A stretch of DNA of 64,000 nt from Nibricoccus sp. (GCA_047602425.1 JASGHG010000001.1:640001-704000); one strand, 5' to 3'. Numbered from the stretch's first letter, positions 20,341 through 30,684 are shown. Translations and numbers: made by a program. The notes: generated by a model from the letters alone, not told the origin.

Positions 20341-20525
20341 ATGCCCGGCCAAAACCACCTCATAATTTTTTTCACTATCCCCAATAAGCTCCCTTCCTAG
20401 CCGGCATCCGCCCGTCCGCTTGCGTGGACTCTCGCAAAACCTCCCTCTACCAACTTTCCGCCCCCCTCTGGCCTCCCCTCCCCCAGCCCCAACCTTGCAG
20501 CCTCAATTCGGCACGTTAGCTTCAC

Positions 20526-21764
20526 ATGCCAACAAAACTAACCACCACCTCTAACTCCCGCGGTTGGATCGTCACGCTCGCCGGACTCGGCATCAATCTC
20601 ATCCTAGGAACCCTTTACGCCTGGGGTGTGATGGGCAAGGCGCTCGTCGTGCAATGGAAATGGTCCAAGGCGGACGCCGGCCTGCCCTTCGCCGTTTCCA
20701 CCGCGGCGTTTGCCCTCATGATGATTTTCGCGGGACGCGCTCAGGACAAACTCGGCCCGCGGCGCGTCGCCGCGCTCGGCGGCGTGCTCTTCGGCGTGGG
20801 TCTGGCCACTTCGTCGATCGCCACCACGCCGCTCGCCATGGCCCTGACTTTCGGCGTGCTCGGCGGCATCGGCATTGGCCTCGGTTACTCCGCCACCACG
20901 CCTTCCGCTATCAAATGGTCCCCCCCGGCTCGCAAAGGTCTCATCACCGGCCTCGTCGTTGCCGGCGTTGGTCTCGCGGCTGTTTACATGGGTCCGCTTA
21001 CAAACTCGCTCATCGCCGCTTGCGGTATTGAAAAAACGTTCCTCATCCTCGGCATCGGCGCGACGATCATGATCTGCCTGTTTTCGCTGCTCCTGGTTAA
21101 TCCTCCCGCGGATTTCAAACCCATGGCAACCATACCAGTCGTCGGAGCCAAAACCGGCGCCGCCCGCCGCGAATACGATTGGGCCGAGATGCTCAAGACC
21201 CCGCAATTCTACCTCCTCTGGCTCATCTACGTACTCGCGGCTGCGGCGGGCCTCATGCTTATTTCCAACGTCGCGATCATCGCCAAGGAACAAGCCGGCT
21301 GGGAGGCAGGCTTCGTCGCTGTGATGACGCTCGCCGCCTTCAACACGCTTGGACGCGTCATCAGTGGTTTCATCTCCGACCGTATTGGCCGGACCAATAC
21401 GATGGTCCTGGCTTTCGTGCTGCAGGCCGTGAACATGTTTATTTTCACACGCTACAACACTCCGACTTTGATGATCGTTGGCACCGCGTTCACCGGACTT
21501 TGTTATGGCGCAATCTTTACGCTGATGCCCGCCGCCACGGCGGATTTCTACGGCGTCAAAAATCTCGGCGTAAACTATGGTTTCGTTTTCACCGGCTTCG
21601 GCGTCGCCGGCGTCCTCGGTTCGCGCTATGCCGGATTGGCGCGCGACCTCTTCGGCTCCTACGCGATCGCTTTCAAGATCTGCGCCGCCATGCTGCTCGT
21701 GGCCGCCGCCCTCGCCTACTGCACCCGTGCCCCGGCAAAAGAAGTTCAGCCACCAGTCGCATAA
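20526..21764 (+). CDS. MFS transporter, oxalate/formate antiporter (OFA) family
   Basis: About 12 TM segments; LGTLYAW, GRAQDKLGPR, RKGLITG, NTLGR..SDRIGR, FYGVKNLGVNYG. Confidence 0.88.
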   Translation: MPTKLTTTSNSRGWIVTLAGLGINLILGTLYAWGVMGKALVVQWKWSKADAGLPFAVSTAAFALMMIFAGRAQDKLGPRRVAALGGVLFGVGLATSSIATTPLAMALTFGVLGGIGIGLGYSATTPSAIKWSPPARKGLITGLVVAGVGLAAVYMGPLTNSLIAACGIEKTFLILGIGATIMICLFSLLLVNPPADFKPMATIPVVGAKTGAARREYDWAEMLKTPQFYLLWLIYVLAAAAGLMLISNVAIIAKEQAGWEAGFVAVMTLAAFNTLGRVISGFISDRIGRTNTMVLAFVLQAVNMFIFTRYNTPTLMIVGTAFTGLCYGAIFTLMPAATADFYGVKNLGVNYGFVFTGFGVAGVLGSRYAGLARDLFGSYAIAFKICAAMLLVAAALAYCTRAPAKEVQPPVA

Positions 21765-21875
21765 CCCAACCGGCTCCTGCCCCTCAGCGTTACCACGCCC
21801 CATCTGCGCCCCACCACTTCCCTGTTCCGCGTAGTTCCCGCACGTCTCTGCAAAGTAACCGCGGCATCGATCGCC

Positions 21876-21907
21876 CCGACCGTTTGTCATTTAATAGACT
21901 ACAAACT
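21876..21907. repeat. Degenerate third copy of the 27-bp palindrome
   Basis: ccgac-cgtttgtcat-ttaatag-actacaaact; shares the 5' flank ccgac with the copy at 17029. Confidence 0.6.
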
Positions 21908-22023
21908 AGTCTGTACCGCTAAATCTGACTTCGTCCAAATTCGCCAGAAGGCATTGTCTTTTGCGCGTCACAGAAAATTGCTGCGAGGTTGCCGATGGTG
22001 CAGTGTATGGCTTCTATGCAGAA

Positions 22024-22440
22024 ATGAAATCTTACCGCAAAGAGCTCTGGTTCGAAGTCCCGCAACGCCGTGCGTTTCTGAACATCACTCCGCAGGTCGA
22101 AGAATGCCTTCGCGAAAGTGGAATCTGCGAGGGGCTCTGCCTCGTCAACGCCATGCATATTTCCGCGTCGGTTTTTATCAACGACGACGAATCCGGATTA
22201 CATGCCGACTTCGAAAAGTGGCTGGAAAAACTCGCGCCCGAAAAGCCGCATTCGCAATACGCCCACAACCACGGCGAGGACAATGCCGACGCTCATCTCA
22301 AGCGCACCCTGATGGGCCGCGAAGTCATTGTCGCCGTGACAAAGGGTAAATTCGATTTCGGCCCGTGGGAACAGATTTTCTACGGTGAATTTGACGGTCT
22401 CCGCCGCAAGCGCGTCCTTGTTAAAATCATCGGTGAATAG
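22024..22440 (+). CDS. yjbQ: YjbQ/UPF0047 family protein
   Basis: [35 protein letters not shown]. Confidence 0.9.
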   Translation: MKSYRKELWFEVPQRRAFLNITPQVEECLRESGICEGLCLVNAMHISASVFINDDESGLHADFEKWLEKLAPEKPHSQYAHNHGEDNADAHLKRTLMGREVIVAVTKGKFDFGPWEQIFYGEFDGLRRKRVLVKIIGE

Positions 22441-22557
22441 GGTTCACCAGCAAACCGGTGTCACGGAGCGCGTAGTTAGCTTCGTTAGACAACCACTGCT
22501 CACCTCTAATTTCAATTGCAATGCCGGCCAGGCGGGGCTCAACCGCTCGGTCGGAAA

Positions 22558-24102
22558 TCAAACATCGCGCCCCACCAGCGCCGAGAGTTCGTCGACCGAT
22601 GTACGGGATGCGACAACCTGAACGTTGAGCTGTGTCGATACCGAAGCGCTTTCCTCGGCGGTCGCCGCATTTTTTTGGGTGAGTTTATCGAGTTGAACGG
22701 CAGCGGTGCTTAGCTGACCCAGCCCCTGACTTTGCTCGGTCGAAGCCGTTGTGATCTCTGCCATCAGTCCATCCACCTCCCGACTGCTGACAACGATCTC
22801 ATTGAACCGGCGTGAAATTTTTTCGCTGATGGCGATGCCATTTTGGCTGCAGGTAATTGATTCCTGAATACGCACAGCGGTTTCCTTGGCCGACTCGGCG
22901 GAGCGTCGGGCCAGCGAACGCACTTCGTCCGCAACGACCGCAAAACCTGCGCCGGCTCCGCCTGCTCTTGCGGCTTCCACTGCAGCGTTGAGTGCCAGCA
23001 GATTGGTCTGGAACGCGATTTCATCGATCGTCTTCACAATACTGGCCACGCTGTCGCTTGAAGTTTTGAGCGCTGCCATCGCCTTATCCATCTGCGCCAT
23101 GTCCGTTACTCCAGCTTCGGCTGCACCACGGGTTTTTGCAGTGGCCTCCTTGGCGCGAACCGCGTGTTCGGCATTACGCCGCGTCATACTGGTAATCTCC
23201 TCAAGCGAGGCACTGGTTTCCTCAATGGCCGCCGCCTGCTGAGTGGCCCCGTCTGCAAGATGCTGGCTGGCTGCGGCGATCTGGTCTGCAGCAAAACGCG
23301 TTTCATCAGTCGCGCCTTCGATGCGGTCGATTGCCCGGGTCAACGGACGCACAATGGTGTAACGATTTATCCAATACAAGCCACCCACGACCAAAACCAG
23401 TAAGCCAACACTAACCAGCGCAATGGTGCGCATGCTCGCCGCGACCACGGGATCGTCCTTCAAGGGCGCGGTGAGTACAAAGGCGCCTTTCAAGTCGCCC
23501 AGTTTCATGCCTTCCATGGGCAAGCCAAGAGGATCAAGCCCGTCCTTGGTCATGCTGCGCTCCGCCCCACCGTGACAGGCCAGACAGCTTTCGCTGAGCC
23601 GCACGGGACGCGCGAGAACCAACTCATTTTTCGCATTATCCCGGGCGAAATATTCTGCGTCACCTTTTTCAAAAGCGGCAAATGCTGCGGCGTATTCGAC
23701 GCCGTTGTCATTTTTGGGATTTCGCGCGCGCATGCCCGGACGCGATGGAGTGTAAAACTTGAAATCGTTCGCTTTTGCCAAAGTCGCCACCGATTCCCAG
23801 GCCGCTACCACTGGGATCGTTTTATAGAGCGCCGTTTCACGATACACTTCTTTGAGCAATCGGTCGGGAAATTTTTCCCGCGCGGCTTTCACCAAAGTTG
23901 AATAGTTGAAAGCACCATTGAGGTGCAATAGATCGAAATGGTCTCGCACAGATTCACCTTGTTTAATGGCTGCACTCATTTGCTGGCGCAGCGCGTCGAC
24001 TCGATTTTTTTTAGAGATCGAATAGACCGCGACCACCGCACCTATCGAGGTGAGCAATACAGCACCAATACCAGCAGCGAGAACTTTGCTTCCAATTTTC
24101 AT
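22558..24102 (-). CDS. Methyl-accepting chemotaxis protein with a c-type heme (DUF3365/Tll0287-like) sensor
   Basis: [19 protein letters not shown] heme motif, GDLKGAF, then the MCP hairpin [20 protein letters not shown]. Confidence 0.9.
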   Translation of the reverse strand: MKIGSKVLAAGIGAVLLTSIGAVVAVYSISKKNRVDALRQQMSAAIKQGESVRDHFDLLHLNGAFNYSTLVKAAREKFPDRLLKEVYRETALYKTIPVVAAWESVATLAKANDFKFYTPSRPGMRARNPKNDNGVEYAAAFAAFEKGDAEYFARDNAKNELVLARPVRLSESCLACHGGAERSMTKDGLDPLGLPMEGMKLGDLKGAFVLTAPLKDDPVVAASMRTIALVSVGLLVLVVGGLYWINRYTIVRPLTRAIDRIEGATDETRFAADQIAAASQHLADGATQQAAAIEETSASLEEITSMTRRNAEHAVRAKEATAKTRGAAEAGVTDMAQMDKAMAALKTSSDSVASIVKTIDEIAFQTNLLALNAAVEAARAGGAGAGFAVVADEVRSLARRSAESAKETAVRIQESITCSQNGIAISEKISRRFNEIVVSSREVDGLMAEITTASTEQSQGLGQLSTAAVQLDKLTQKNAATAEESASVSTQLNVQVVASRTSVDELSALVGRDV

Positions 24103-24136
24103 GTGCTCCAGTATCGCAAAACGCGCTGCTGGCATT

Positions 24137-24154
24137 TGTCACAGTCGTGTCACA
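24137..24154. promoter_or_regulatory. Candidate OmpR/PhoB-type direct repeat
   Basis: TGTCACA-gtcg-TGTCACA with an 11-bp period, 35 bp upstream of the MCP start. Confidence 0.35.
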
Positions 24155-24609
24155 ACGAGAATCAATCGGTAAATTCGATCACGTTTAAACTACAAAGAGC
24201 TGGCTATCAGTTCGCTAACGTAGCGACAGAAACGAACGAAAATTAATTTTTGGTCTCTTCCGGAACCGGTGACAGAGCAGGATCGATCCATTTTTCACCA
24301 ACCCGGCCAATGTCTCGGCTACTAATGCCTTCAGGAAACTGGATATAGAGCATCCGTGTGACTCCGCCCCAACCAATCCTCACGGGCAAGGTTCGAGTCG
24401 CTACGCCAATCCAGTCGGTTGGGCTGCTGCCAATTTCCGCGGACAAAATTCTCTACGCTCGAACAAACGATCTCATGCCCGTTTTCATCAACCTGCGCTA
24501 AAGTCCGAGCGTGCACGCGACCCCGCGCGCACGTACCCCAACTCCTGATCAACGTCCGCTCGCGCGGGCTTTGTCCAGGACCAACCCCAAATAGTTAAGC
24601 GGAGGATCC

Positions 24610-26049
24610 ATGAAAAAGACTATCCCTGTCTTCGGCCGTGCCGTGTGCATGACCTTGACGTTGCTCGCAGCGACCCAACTCCTGCCGGCAGCCACGATCA
24701 ACAGTTCGACCCCCTACCTCAACGGCGCAAATATCCCTTGGAATAGTTTCGGTATGGATTTCGGAACCCATCCTACGTGGGGCGCCGGTTACAATGCCAC
24801 GTGGTGGGACAATACGTTCGCCGCGATGGCCGCCCAAAAAATGAACGGCGCTCGTATCTGGCTGCATTGCGATGGTCGCGCGAGCCCTGAATTCAACGCC
24901 AGCGGCGATGTCACTGGCATTGATTCCAATCTCGTCCCAAATCTTCAAGATATGTTGGACAAGGCCAACGCCCGCGGGATCAAAGTGCAGCTTTGCCTCT
25001 GGTCGTTCGATATGTGCAAGGATTTCACCGGCAGCGCTGGCCCCTATGCGGGCTTGCATGCCAGTTTGATCACCAACACGACGTACCGAACCAATTACAT
25101 CACCAACGCGCTCAATCCGATTCTCGACGGCATCGTCAATAAGCCCGCCCTCGCCGTCATCGAGGTCATCAACGAACCCGAGTGGGCTATCAGCGACGTG
25201 CCCGCGACCACCACCCAATCGGTCACGCGCGATCAAATGCGGGCGTTCGTATTGGCCATTCGCAACGCCGTGAAGGCCAAATCCTCCAGAATAAACGTAA
25301 CGGTTGGTTCGGCTTCGGTGAAATGGAGCACGGCCAACGGCAAGGACGGTGCTGTCGCCGATTATTGGACCGGCCTCGGTCTCGATCACCGCGACGTGCA
25401 TTACTACGATTGGATGACTGGCAGCGGTTACACTTACGATCCGTTCGCCACCGGCCATACACCGTCGTACTACGGTTGGAGCACGCCCGCCGTCATCGGC
25501 GAGTTTGGCGGCAACGGCAACGTTCCTTACAGCACCGTCCTCGATATGATGAACCGTGCCTACAACAACGGTTACGCCGGACACATGCCATGGTCGTATG
25601 TCGGACCCGATTCCGAGGGTTCGTTCAACGATTTCAAAGCCGCCGCGCTCTCCTTCGCCAATGCGCATAGTGGAAGCAGCAGCAGTTCTTCCTCGTCGAG
25701 TTCCTCAAGTTCTTCGAGCAGTTCATCATCCTCCAGTTCAAGTTCATCTTCAAGCAGCAGCAGTTCGAGTTCCTCGTCGTCCTCCAGTGGTTCGTCGTCG
25801 AGCAGCGGATCATCGAGTGGCACCACCGTGACCGTGCCGTTCGTGAAGGATGGCGCCGGTGATTTCACCTACGTGACGTCAGGACCGATCAACTATATCA
25901 ACTCTTGGAATCTGCAATTGCTCACGGTCAATGGAGTAAACCTCACCAACGTGTGGAAATCGGGCAGCCAATTGCCGGCTCCCGTCAATGGAAAGTACAC
26001 CTTCCATTACGTTGGCAACTATGCTTGGTCCCACCTGGAGATCAAATAA
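24610..26049 (+). CDS. Secreted GH5 glycoside hydrolase (GH5_10-like beta-mannanase), poly-Ser linker, CBM64
   Basis: GGAGG RBS; signal peptide; INEP and IGEF catalytic Glu motifs; Ser tract 25669-25821; C-terminal PFVKDGAG..YINSWN..VNGVNLTN..WSHLE matches the CBM64 pattern. Confidence 0.85.
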   Translation: MKKTIPVFGRAVCMTLTLLAATQLLPAATINSSTPYLNGANIPWNSFGMDFGTHPTWGAGYNATWWDNTFAAMAAQKMNGARIWLHCDGRASPEFNASGDVTGIDSNLVPNLQDMLDKANARGIKVQLCLWSFDMCKDFTGSAGPYAGLHASLITNTTYRTNYITNALNPILDGIVNKPALAVIEVINEPEWAISDVPATTTQSVTRDQMRAFVLAIRNAVKAKSSRINVTVGSASVKWSTANGKDGAVADYWTGLGLDHRDVHYYDWMTGSGYTYDPFATGHTPSYYGWSTPAVIGEFGGNGNVPYSTVLDMMNRAYNNGYAGHMPWSYVGPDSEGSFNDFKAAALSFANAHSGSSSSSSSSSSSSSSSSSSSSSSSSSSSSSSSSSSSSSSGSSSSSGSSSGTTVTVPFVKDGAGDFTYVTSGPINYINSWNLQLLTVNGVNLTNVWKSGSQLPAPVNGKYTFHYVGNYAWSHLEIK

Positions 26050-26060
26050 CCGAACTAATC

Positions 26061-26091
26061 CGCAGGGGCACAAATTTGTTGCGCCCCTGCG
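26061..26091 (+). terminator. Stem-loop after the GH5 gene (terminator-like, no U tract)
   Basis: cgcaggggc...gcccctgcg. Confidence 0.5.
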
Positions 26092-26182
26092 AATCGACAT
26101 TAACTCAACCACTGATGCTCGCTGACCGACCGGCTCTGATGCCTCTATTATTCATCACCCGTCGCGGTATGCATCAGTGGAA

Positions 26183-27346
26183 ATGAACGATTCAAAACTT
26201 CGAATCCGCATGAGCGCCCGACGCAGACTTCTCACCATCACGTTTGTCACCGTGGCAATCGCGGCGCTCTGCGTTCGTTTGTCCAAGCGAAACTCCGTAC
26301 CATCGCCAAGCGCGGCGAAGCCGGCGATCAACGCGCCTCCGGTGACCCAGTCGCTGTCGCAACAAATGACTGAGCGCCTGCTTGCGCTGCTCCGCGCCGA
26401 AACTGATCCGGCAAAACGCGAAGCCGCCGCGCAGCAAGCCGCACAACATCTCCCGCGCGCGCTGCTTGAGGCCGTACTCGCCGATTTGCAGCGGGAAACG
26501 GACCGCGCCCTCGCCATGGAAGCGGCTCGGGCGATTTTGTTGCGTTGGGCCTGGGAGGAGCCGACGGGCGCCGCCGCCTGGACGATGCAATTCGCGAGCG
26601 CGGAAATTCGCCGCGACGCCCTCGCTGCGGTCGGCGCCGGCTGGGCCCGGCAAAATCCAGAAGCGTTGCTGACCTGGGCTTCCACGCTTCCACCGGTCGA
26701 TCGCGATTGGGTTTTGCTCCACGGCGCCAGTTATCTCGCGCGCACCGATCTCGGCCTGTTTGCCGTGTGGTCAAAGGCGCTGCCGCGCACACGTGAACTT
26801 GAGCAATTGACCGCGCAAACAGCCCGCGAGTGGGCTTCCCGCGATCCGCGTGCGGTCGCCAACGCGCTCGGCGATTTCTCCGGCCCCGAACATAGCGCTT
26901 GGAGAAAAGCCATGGCCTCCGGTTTGGCCAGCCAGCTGGTCCAGGCGAACAACGCGGAAACCGCGCTGGCGATCCTCGATGCCGTGCCGCCGGGTCTGGA
27001 GAAACAACAGGTGTTGAAAGGAGTCGTCATCGGTTGGACGCAGCGCGAGCCCGCCGTGGTTGCGAGCTGGCTGGAGAGCGTATCCGATTCGGCCCTACGG
27101 ACCGAAATCGCTCCGCTTCTCGCCGGCGCCTGGTTTGAGCAAAACACCGCTGCCGCGGAAAAGTGGGCCGTCGCCCTGCCGCCCGGACCGGTGTCCGATG
27201 CCGTTGCAGAACGCGCCGCGCAATATTTTGCCCCCCGCGACCGCGCTGCCGCGCAGCGGTGGGCCAGCCGCATTGGTTCGACCGCGACCCGCACCTCGGT
27301 GCAAGCCTACGTGCAAGCGGCACAACCGCTCGTAGCGGCGCCGTGA
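26183..27346 (+). CDS. Hypothetical membrane-anchored helical-repeat protein
   Basis: N-terminal TM segment; recurring W-A-x-x-[DEN]-P-x-A-x-x-x-W units (WAWEEPTGAAAW, WARQNPEALLTW, WASRDPRAV, WTQREPAVVASW). Confidence 0.8.
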   Translation: MNDSKLRIRMSARRRLLTITFVTVAIAALCVRLSKRNSVPSPSAAKPAINAPPVTQSLSQQMTERLLALLRAETDPAKREAAAQQAAQHLPRALLEAVLADLQRETDRALAMEAARAILLRWAWEEPTGAAAWTMQFASAEIRRDALAAVGAGWARQNPEALLTWASTLPPVDRDWVLLHGASYLARTDLGLFAVWSKALPRTRELEQLTAQTAREWASRDPRAVANALGDFSGPEHSAWRKAMASGLASQLVQANNAETALAILDAVPPGLEKQQVLKGVVIGWTQREPAVVASWLESVSDSALRTEIAPLLAGAWFEQNTAAAEKWAVALPPGPVSDAVAERAAQYFAPRDRAAAQRWASRIGSTATRTSVQAYVQAAQPLVAAP

Positions 27347-27421
27347 AAAAACGTCCGCGCGTGTGCTGAATATTGAGCCGCGTGATTGACAAAAAAGCCG
27401 GGTAACCGCCTCGTTGGGCGG

Positions 27422-27757
27422 ATGTCAGGCTCGCAGTTAATCGCTCTGTTCACGTTATCCGTCTTTTGGCTGAGTTCCTTCAGCTACGGCGGCGCGACGG
27501 ATATTTTCGGCGAAATGCCGTCATCGGTGGTGCGGCTGGAGAAATCGAAATTTGTCCAGTTGCCGAATCTGGCGCGAACCGAGCAGGTCAAGGTTGGTGC
27601 GAAACAGGATAATTCTCCCGAGAAAACGCCGGTTCATTGGCTGCACTTCACCACGCCCGCGCTGAAGCTAACCTGGAAAATTTTTCCGGGAAATCCGCGC
27701 GAATGTGCGCATCGACTCGCGCCGTCGCTGACGGGGATCGTGGTTCTGCAGATTTGA
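27422..27757 (+). CDS. Small hypothetical protein with a signal-like N-terminus
   Basis: Fills the gap co-directionally; hydrophobic N-terminus; ends LTGIVVLQI. Confidence 0.5.
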   Translation: MSGSQLIALFTLSVFWLSSFSYGGATDIFGEMPSSVVRLEKSKFVQLPNLARTEQVKVGAKQDNSPEKTPVHWLHFTTPALKLTWKIFPGNPRECAHRLAPSLTGIVVLQI

Positions 27758-27903
27758 GTTGGTACCTTTTGCAGGTACGCACCGCGCCCGCCGAAACATC
27801 TCGTTGTCGCAAACGCGACCTGGGCTGAAGCGGGCAAAATCGTCTGTGCGCGCACGCCTCTCTCGTGCCGCAAAAATTTACATCAACTCAAATTTTTTCT
27901 CCC

Positions 27904-28110
27904 ATGGATTCTTCTACAAAACCAAATGACAAAGCCAAACCGGCGCAATCCGATGCGCATCCCGACGCCCTTTCGGGCTGGGGCGCACTCGTCGGAACCG
28001 CTGCTGGCGCGCTCATCGGCGTTTTCTTCCACAAGGCTGTTGCCCTGGCCATCGGCCTCGGAGTAACGGGCTGGATTGTGGGCGCCCTCATTGACCGTTC
28101 GCGCCGATAG
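27904..28110 (+). CDS. Small membrane protein with glycine-zipper-like helices
   Basis: GALVGTAAGALIG and GLGVTGWIVGALID segments. Confidence 0.65.
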   Translation: MDSSTKPNDKAKPAQSDAHPDALSGWGALVGTAAGALIGVFFHKAVALAIGLGVTGWIVGALIDRSRR

Positions 28111-28126
28111 CCTTACTTCTCACTGG

Positions 28127-28159
28127 GTTGTCGTTCGCCGTCGGCCGGCGAACGACAAC
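28127..28159. repeat. Perfect 14-bp hairpin (REP- or terminator-like)
   Basis: gttgtcgttcgccg-tcggc-cggcgaacgacaac. Confidence 0.7.
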
Positions 28160-28229
28160 TCTCGCCTTTTCTCTACTCTGCTCGAAACAACCGAAATCAC
28201 CTTTTCCCTAGACCTGACGAGGACGCACC

Positions 28230-30281
28230 ATGCACACCATCACTTTTCTCCAAGACCTCGCCGTCGTCATGATCGTGGCCAGTCTCGTGATGATCGCCTT
28301 CCGACGGCTGAAACAACCGGTCGTGCTCGGCTATATCATCGCCGGCGTGATTATCGGACCGCATACACCGCCCTATCCGCTCATTCACGACGAAATGACG
28401 ATCAACACCCTCTCGGAATTGGGTGTGATCCTGCTCATGTTCTCGCTCGGCCTGGAATTCAGCCTGCGCAAACTCAAAAGCGTCGGCGCACCTGCGCTCA
28501 TCGCCGCGCTCATGGAAATCACCCTCTTGTTTTGGGTGGGTTATGAGGTTGGAAAGTTTTTCGGCTGGGGCTCGATGGACAGTATTTTCCTCGGCGCCAT
28601 GCTTTCGATGTCGTCGACGACCGTGATCATCAAGGTGCTCGGCGAACTCGGAAAGATGAAGGAACGTTTTTCCCAGCTCATTTTCGGCATTCTCATTCTC
28701 GAGGACATTCTTGGCATCGCGATGATCGCCCTGCTCTCCGGCATCGCGATGACAGGCTCGCTTAGCATGGGCGATGTGGGTCTGACGCTCGGCAAATTGA
28801 GCGTCTTCCTCGCCGTGGTGCTCGTGGTCGGCTTGATCGCCGTGCCGCGCCTGATCAGTTACGTCGCCCGTTTCAAAAGCAATGAAATGCTGATCATAAC
28901 CGTGCTCGGCCTGTGTTTCGGCGTGTCATTGCTGGCAGTGAAACTTGGTTATAGCGTTGCGCTCGGCGCCTTCATCATCGGCGCCGTGATTGCCGAAACA
29001 CGCGAAATCCACCGCATCGAAACGCTGATCGAACCCATTCGCGACATGTTCAGCGCCGTGTTTTTTGTGGCGATCGGCCTGCTCATCGATCCGAAGATGC
29101 TCGTGGTCTATTGGCAGCCAATCGTCATCATCACGCTCGCGGTTATCGTGGGAAAAGTCATGACGTGCTCGCTCGGCGCCTTTCTCGGAGGTAATAACAC
29201 GCGCGACTCGCTGCGTGTCGGCATGGGCTTGGCGCAGATCGGCGAGTTTTCCTTCATCATCGCCTCGCTCGGTGTGACGTTGAAAGTCACCAGCAGTTTT
29301 CTTTACCCCATCGCCGTCGCCGTGTCCGCGGTCACGACTTTGCTCACCCCTTACTTGATTCGCGGAGCGGATCCTGCCGCCAACCTTTTCGATCGCCGGG
29401 CGCCGCGCGCGTTCACCAATCTTCTGGAGCTCTATACGCGCTGGGTGGGCGAAATCGGCGAACGACGCGCGAATAATTTTGCGCGTAACTTGATGTGGAA
29501 ATGGTCCGCACAGATGGCGCTCAACGTCGCACTGATCGCGGCAATTTTTATTTCGGCTGCATACCTGGGCGCTCATCCCCCCGCCTGGCTTGCCCGTTTG
29601 ATCAAGTCACCGCAATGGCTCAATACCACGGTTTGGCTCGGCGCCGCCGTCTGCGCGCTGCCGCTGTTTATCGCCACGACGCGAAAGCTCCAATCACTGG
29701 GTCTGTTGCTCGCCGAAACAAAAGTTTCAGCCGACCGCGCCGGTGAACATACCGCCGCGATCCGTTCCATTATCGCCACCATTGTCCCCATCATTGGCTC
29801 GGTCGCGCTCGGAATTTTCGTTCTTCTATTGAGTTCGACGCTGCTGCCGCCGCTCAACGTATTGCCGGTGCTGCTCGTCATCGTGGGCCTTATCGCCTGG
29901 CTCATGTGGCGGTCGTTCATCAAGGTCTATTCTTCCGCACAAGCGGCATTGCGTGACACCTTCGAGCAGACCAATACGCCTCATGCCAATCCAATCGCCA
30001 CACCTATTGTCCCGCTCCTGGCCGAGGCCAATCTCGACTCTGTGGCGGTGCCGGACGATTCCGCCGCAGCGGGAAAACTCATTCACGAACTGGCGTTGCG
30101 CACCAAAACCGGCGCCAGCATCGTCTGTATCGAACGACAGAATACACGTTTGCTCAATCCAGGACCGGACGAGGAAATCATGAGCGGCGATAAAGTCCTT
30201 TTGCTCGGTAGCCACGAACAGTTGACTCAGGCCAAAAAGCTTCTGCTCTCGCAACAATCCAAGCCTGCGGTCGCGACCTAG
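28230..30281 (+). CDS. CPA2 cation:proton antiporter with C-terminal TrkA-C (RCK_C) domain
   Basis: KQPVVLGYIIAG, LMFSLGLEFS, LSMSST, LILEDI, LAQIGEFSFII; C-terminal LRTKTGASIV..LNPGPD. Confidence 0.92.
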   Translation: MHTITFLQDLAVVMIVASLVMIAFRRLKQPVVLGYIIAGVIIGPHTPPYPLIHDEMTINTLSELGVILLMFSLGLEFSLRKLKSVGAPALIAALMEITLLFWVGYEVGKFFGWGSMDSIFLGAMLSMSSTTVIIKVLGELGKMKERFSQLIFGILILEDILGIAMIALLSGIAMTGSLSMGDVGLTLGKLSVFLAVVLVVGLIAVPRLISYVARFKSNEMLIITVLGLCFGVSLLAVKLGYSVALGAFIIGAVIAETREIHRIETLIEPIRDMFSAVFFVAIGLLIDPKMLVVYWQPIVIITLAVIVGKVMTCSLGAFLGGNNTRDSLRVGMGLAQIGEFSFIIASLGVTLKVTSSFLYPIAVAVSAVTTLLTPYLIRGADPAANLFDRRAPRAFTNLLELYTRWVGEIGERRANNFARNLMWKWSAQMALNVALIAAIFISAAYLGAHPPAWLARLIKSPQWLNTTVWLGAAVCALPLFIATTRKLQSLGLLLAETKVSADRAGEHTAAIRSIIATIVPIIGSVALGIFVLLLSSTLLPPLNVLPVLLVIVGLIAWLMWRSFIKVYSSAQAALRDTFEQTNTPHANPIATPIVPLLAEANLDSVAVPDDSAAAGKLIHELALRTKTGASIVCIERQNTRLLNPGPDEEIMSGDKVLLLGSHEQLTQAKKLLLSQQSKPAVAT

Positions 30282-30684
30282 CCGAGGCCCGATTGCCCAT
30301 TCCGTAGCACAAAATACTCCCGAACCTCAACAGCCGCGCAAAATCGACTGTAACCAGAATTCAACTACGCCACCAGTCCGCTCATGATGGGTTGCTTTGA
30401 ACGGAATGGGGTCAAAACCAATCCGAGCGGACTAGTGCTCTCTTCGCGTCAGCCACGCTTACAACGCTGTGTTTTGCGTCGGAATTCGTTACAACCGTTT
30501 TTACCGATCACAACTCGTTGGCCTGCTCGCGATAACCCGTCAAGAGATCGGTGGAATCACTCCGGCCCGCCGCGCACCCTTACAACTAGCCGGCCGCGCA
30601 AAATCCGATCTTCACTCGTCAGCGATTTATCCTAGCCGCTGTAATCTAATAACATGAGCATCCTCATTCCGGCTTTCGAACGAT

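Noticed and set aside
20508..20525. cGGCACG sigma54-like site before the OFA transporter
   Set aside because: The -12 position reads TC rather than GC and lies too close to the ATG
24385..24405. GGTTCGAGTC resembling a tRNA T-loop
   Set aside because: Flanks do not form a T-stem, and there is no cloverleaf or CCA end
26125..26150. ctgatgcctcta resembling the 3' end of a fluoride riboswitch
   Set aside because: The matching 5' GGxGATGG/GATGAGGC pseudoknot segment is absent and the downstream gene is unrelated
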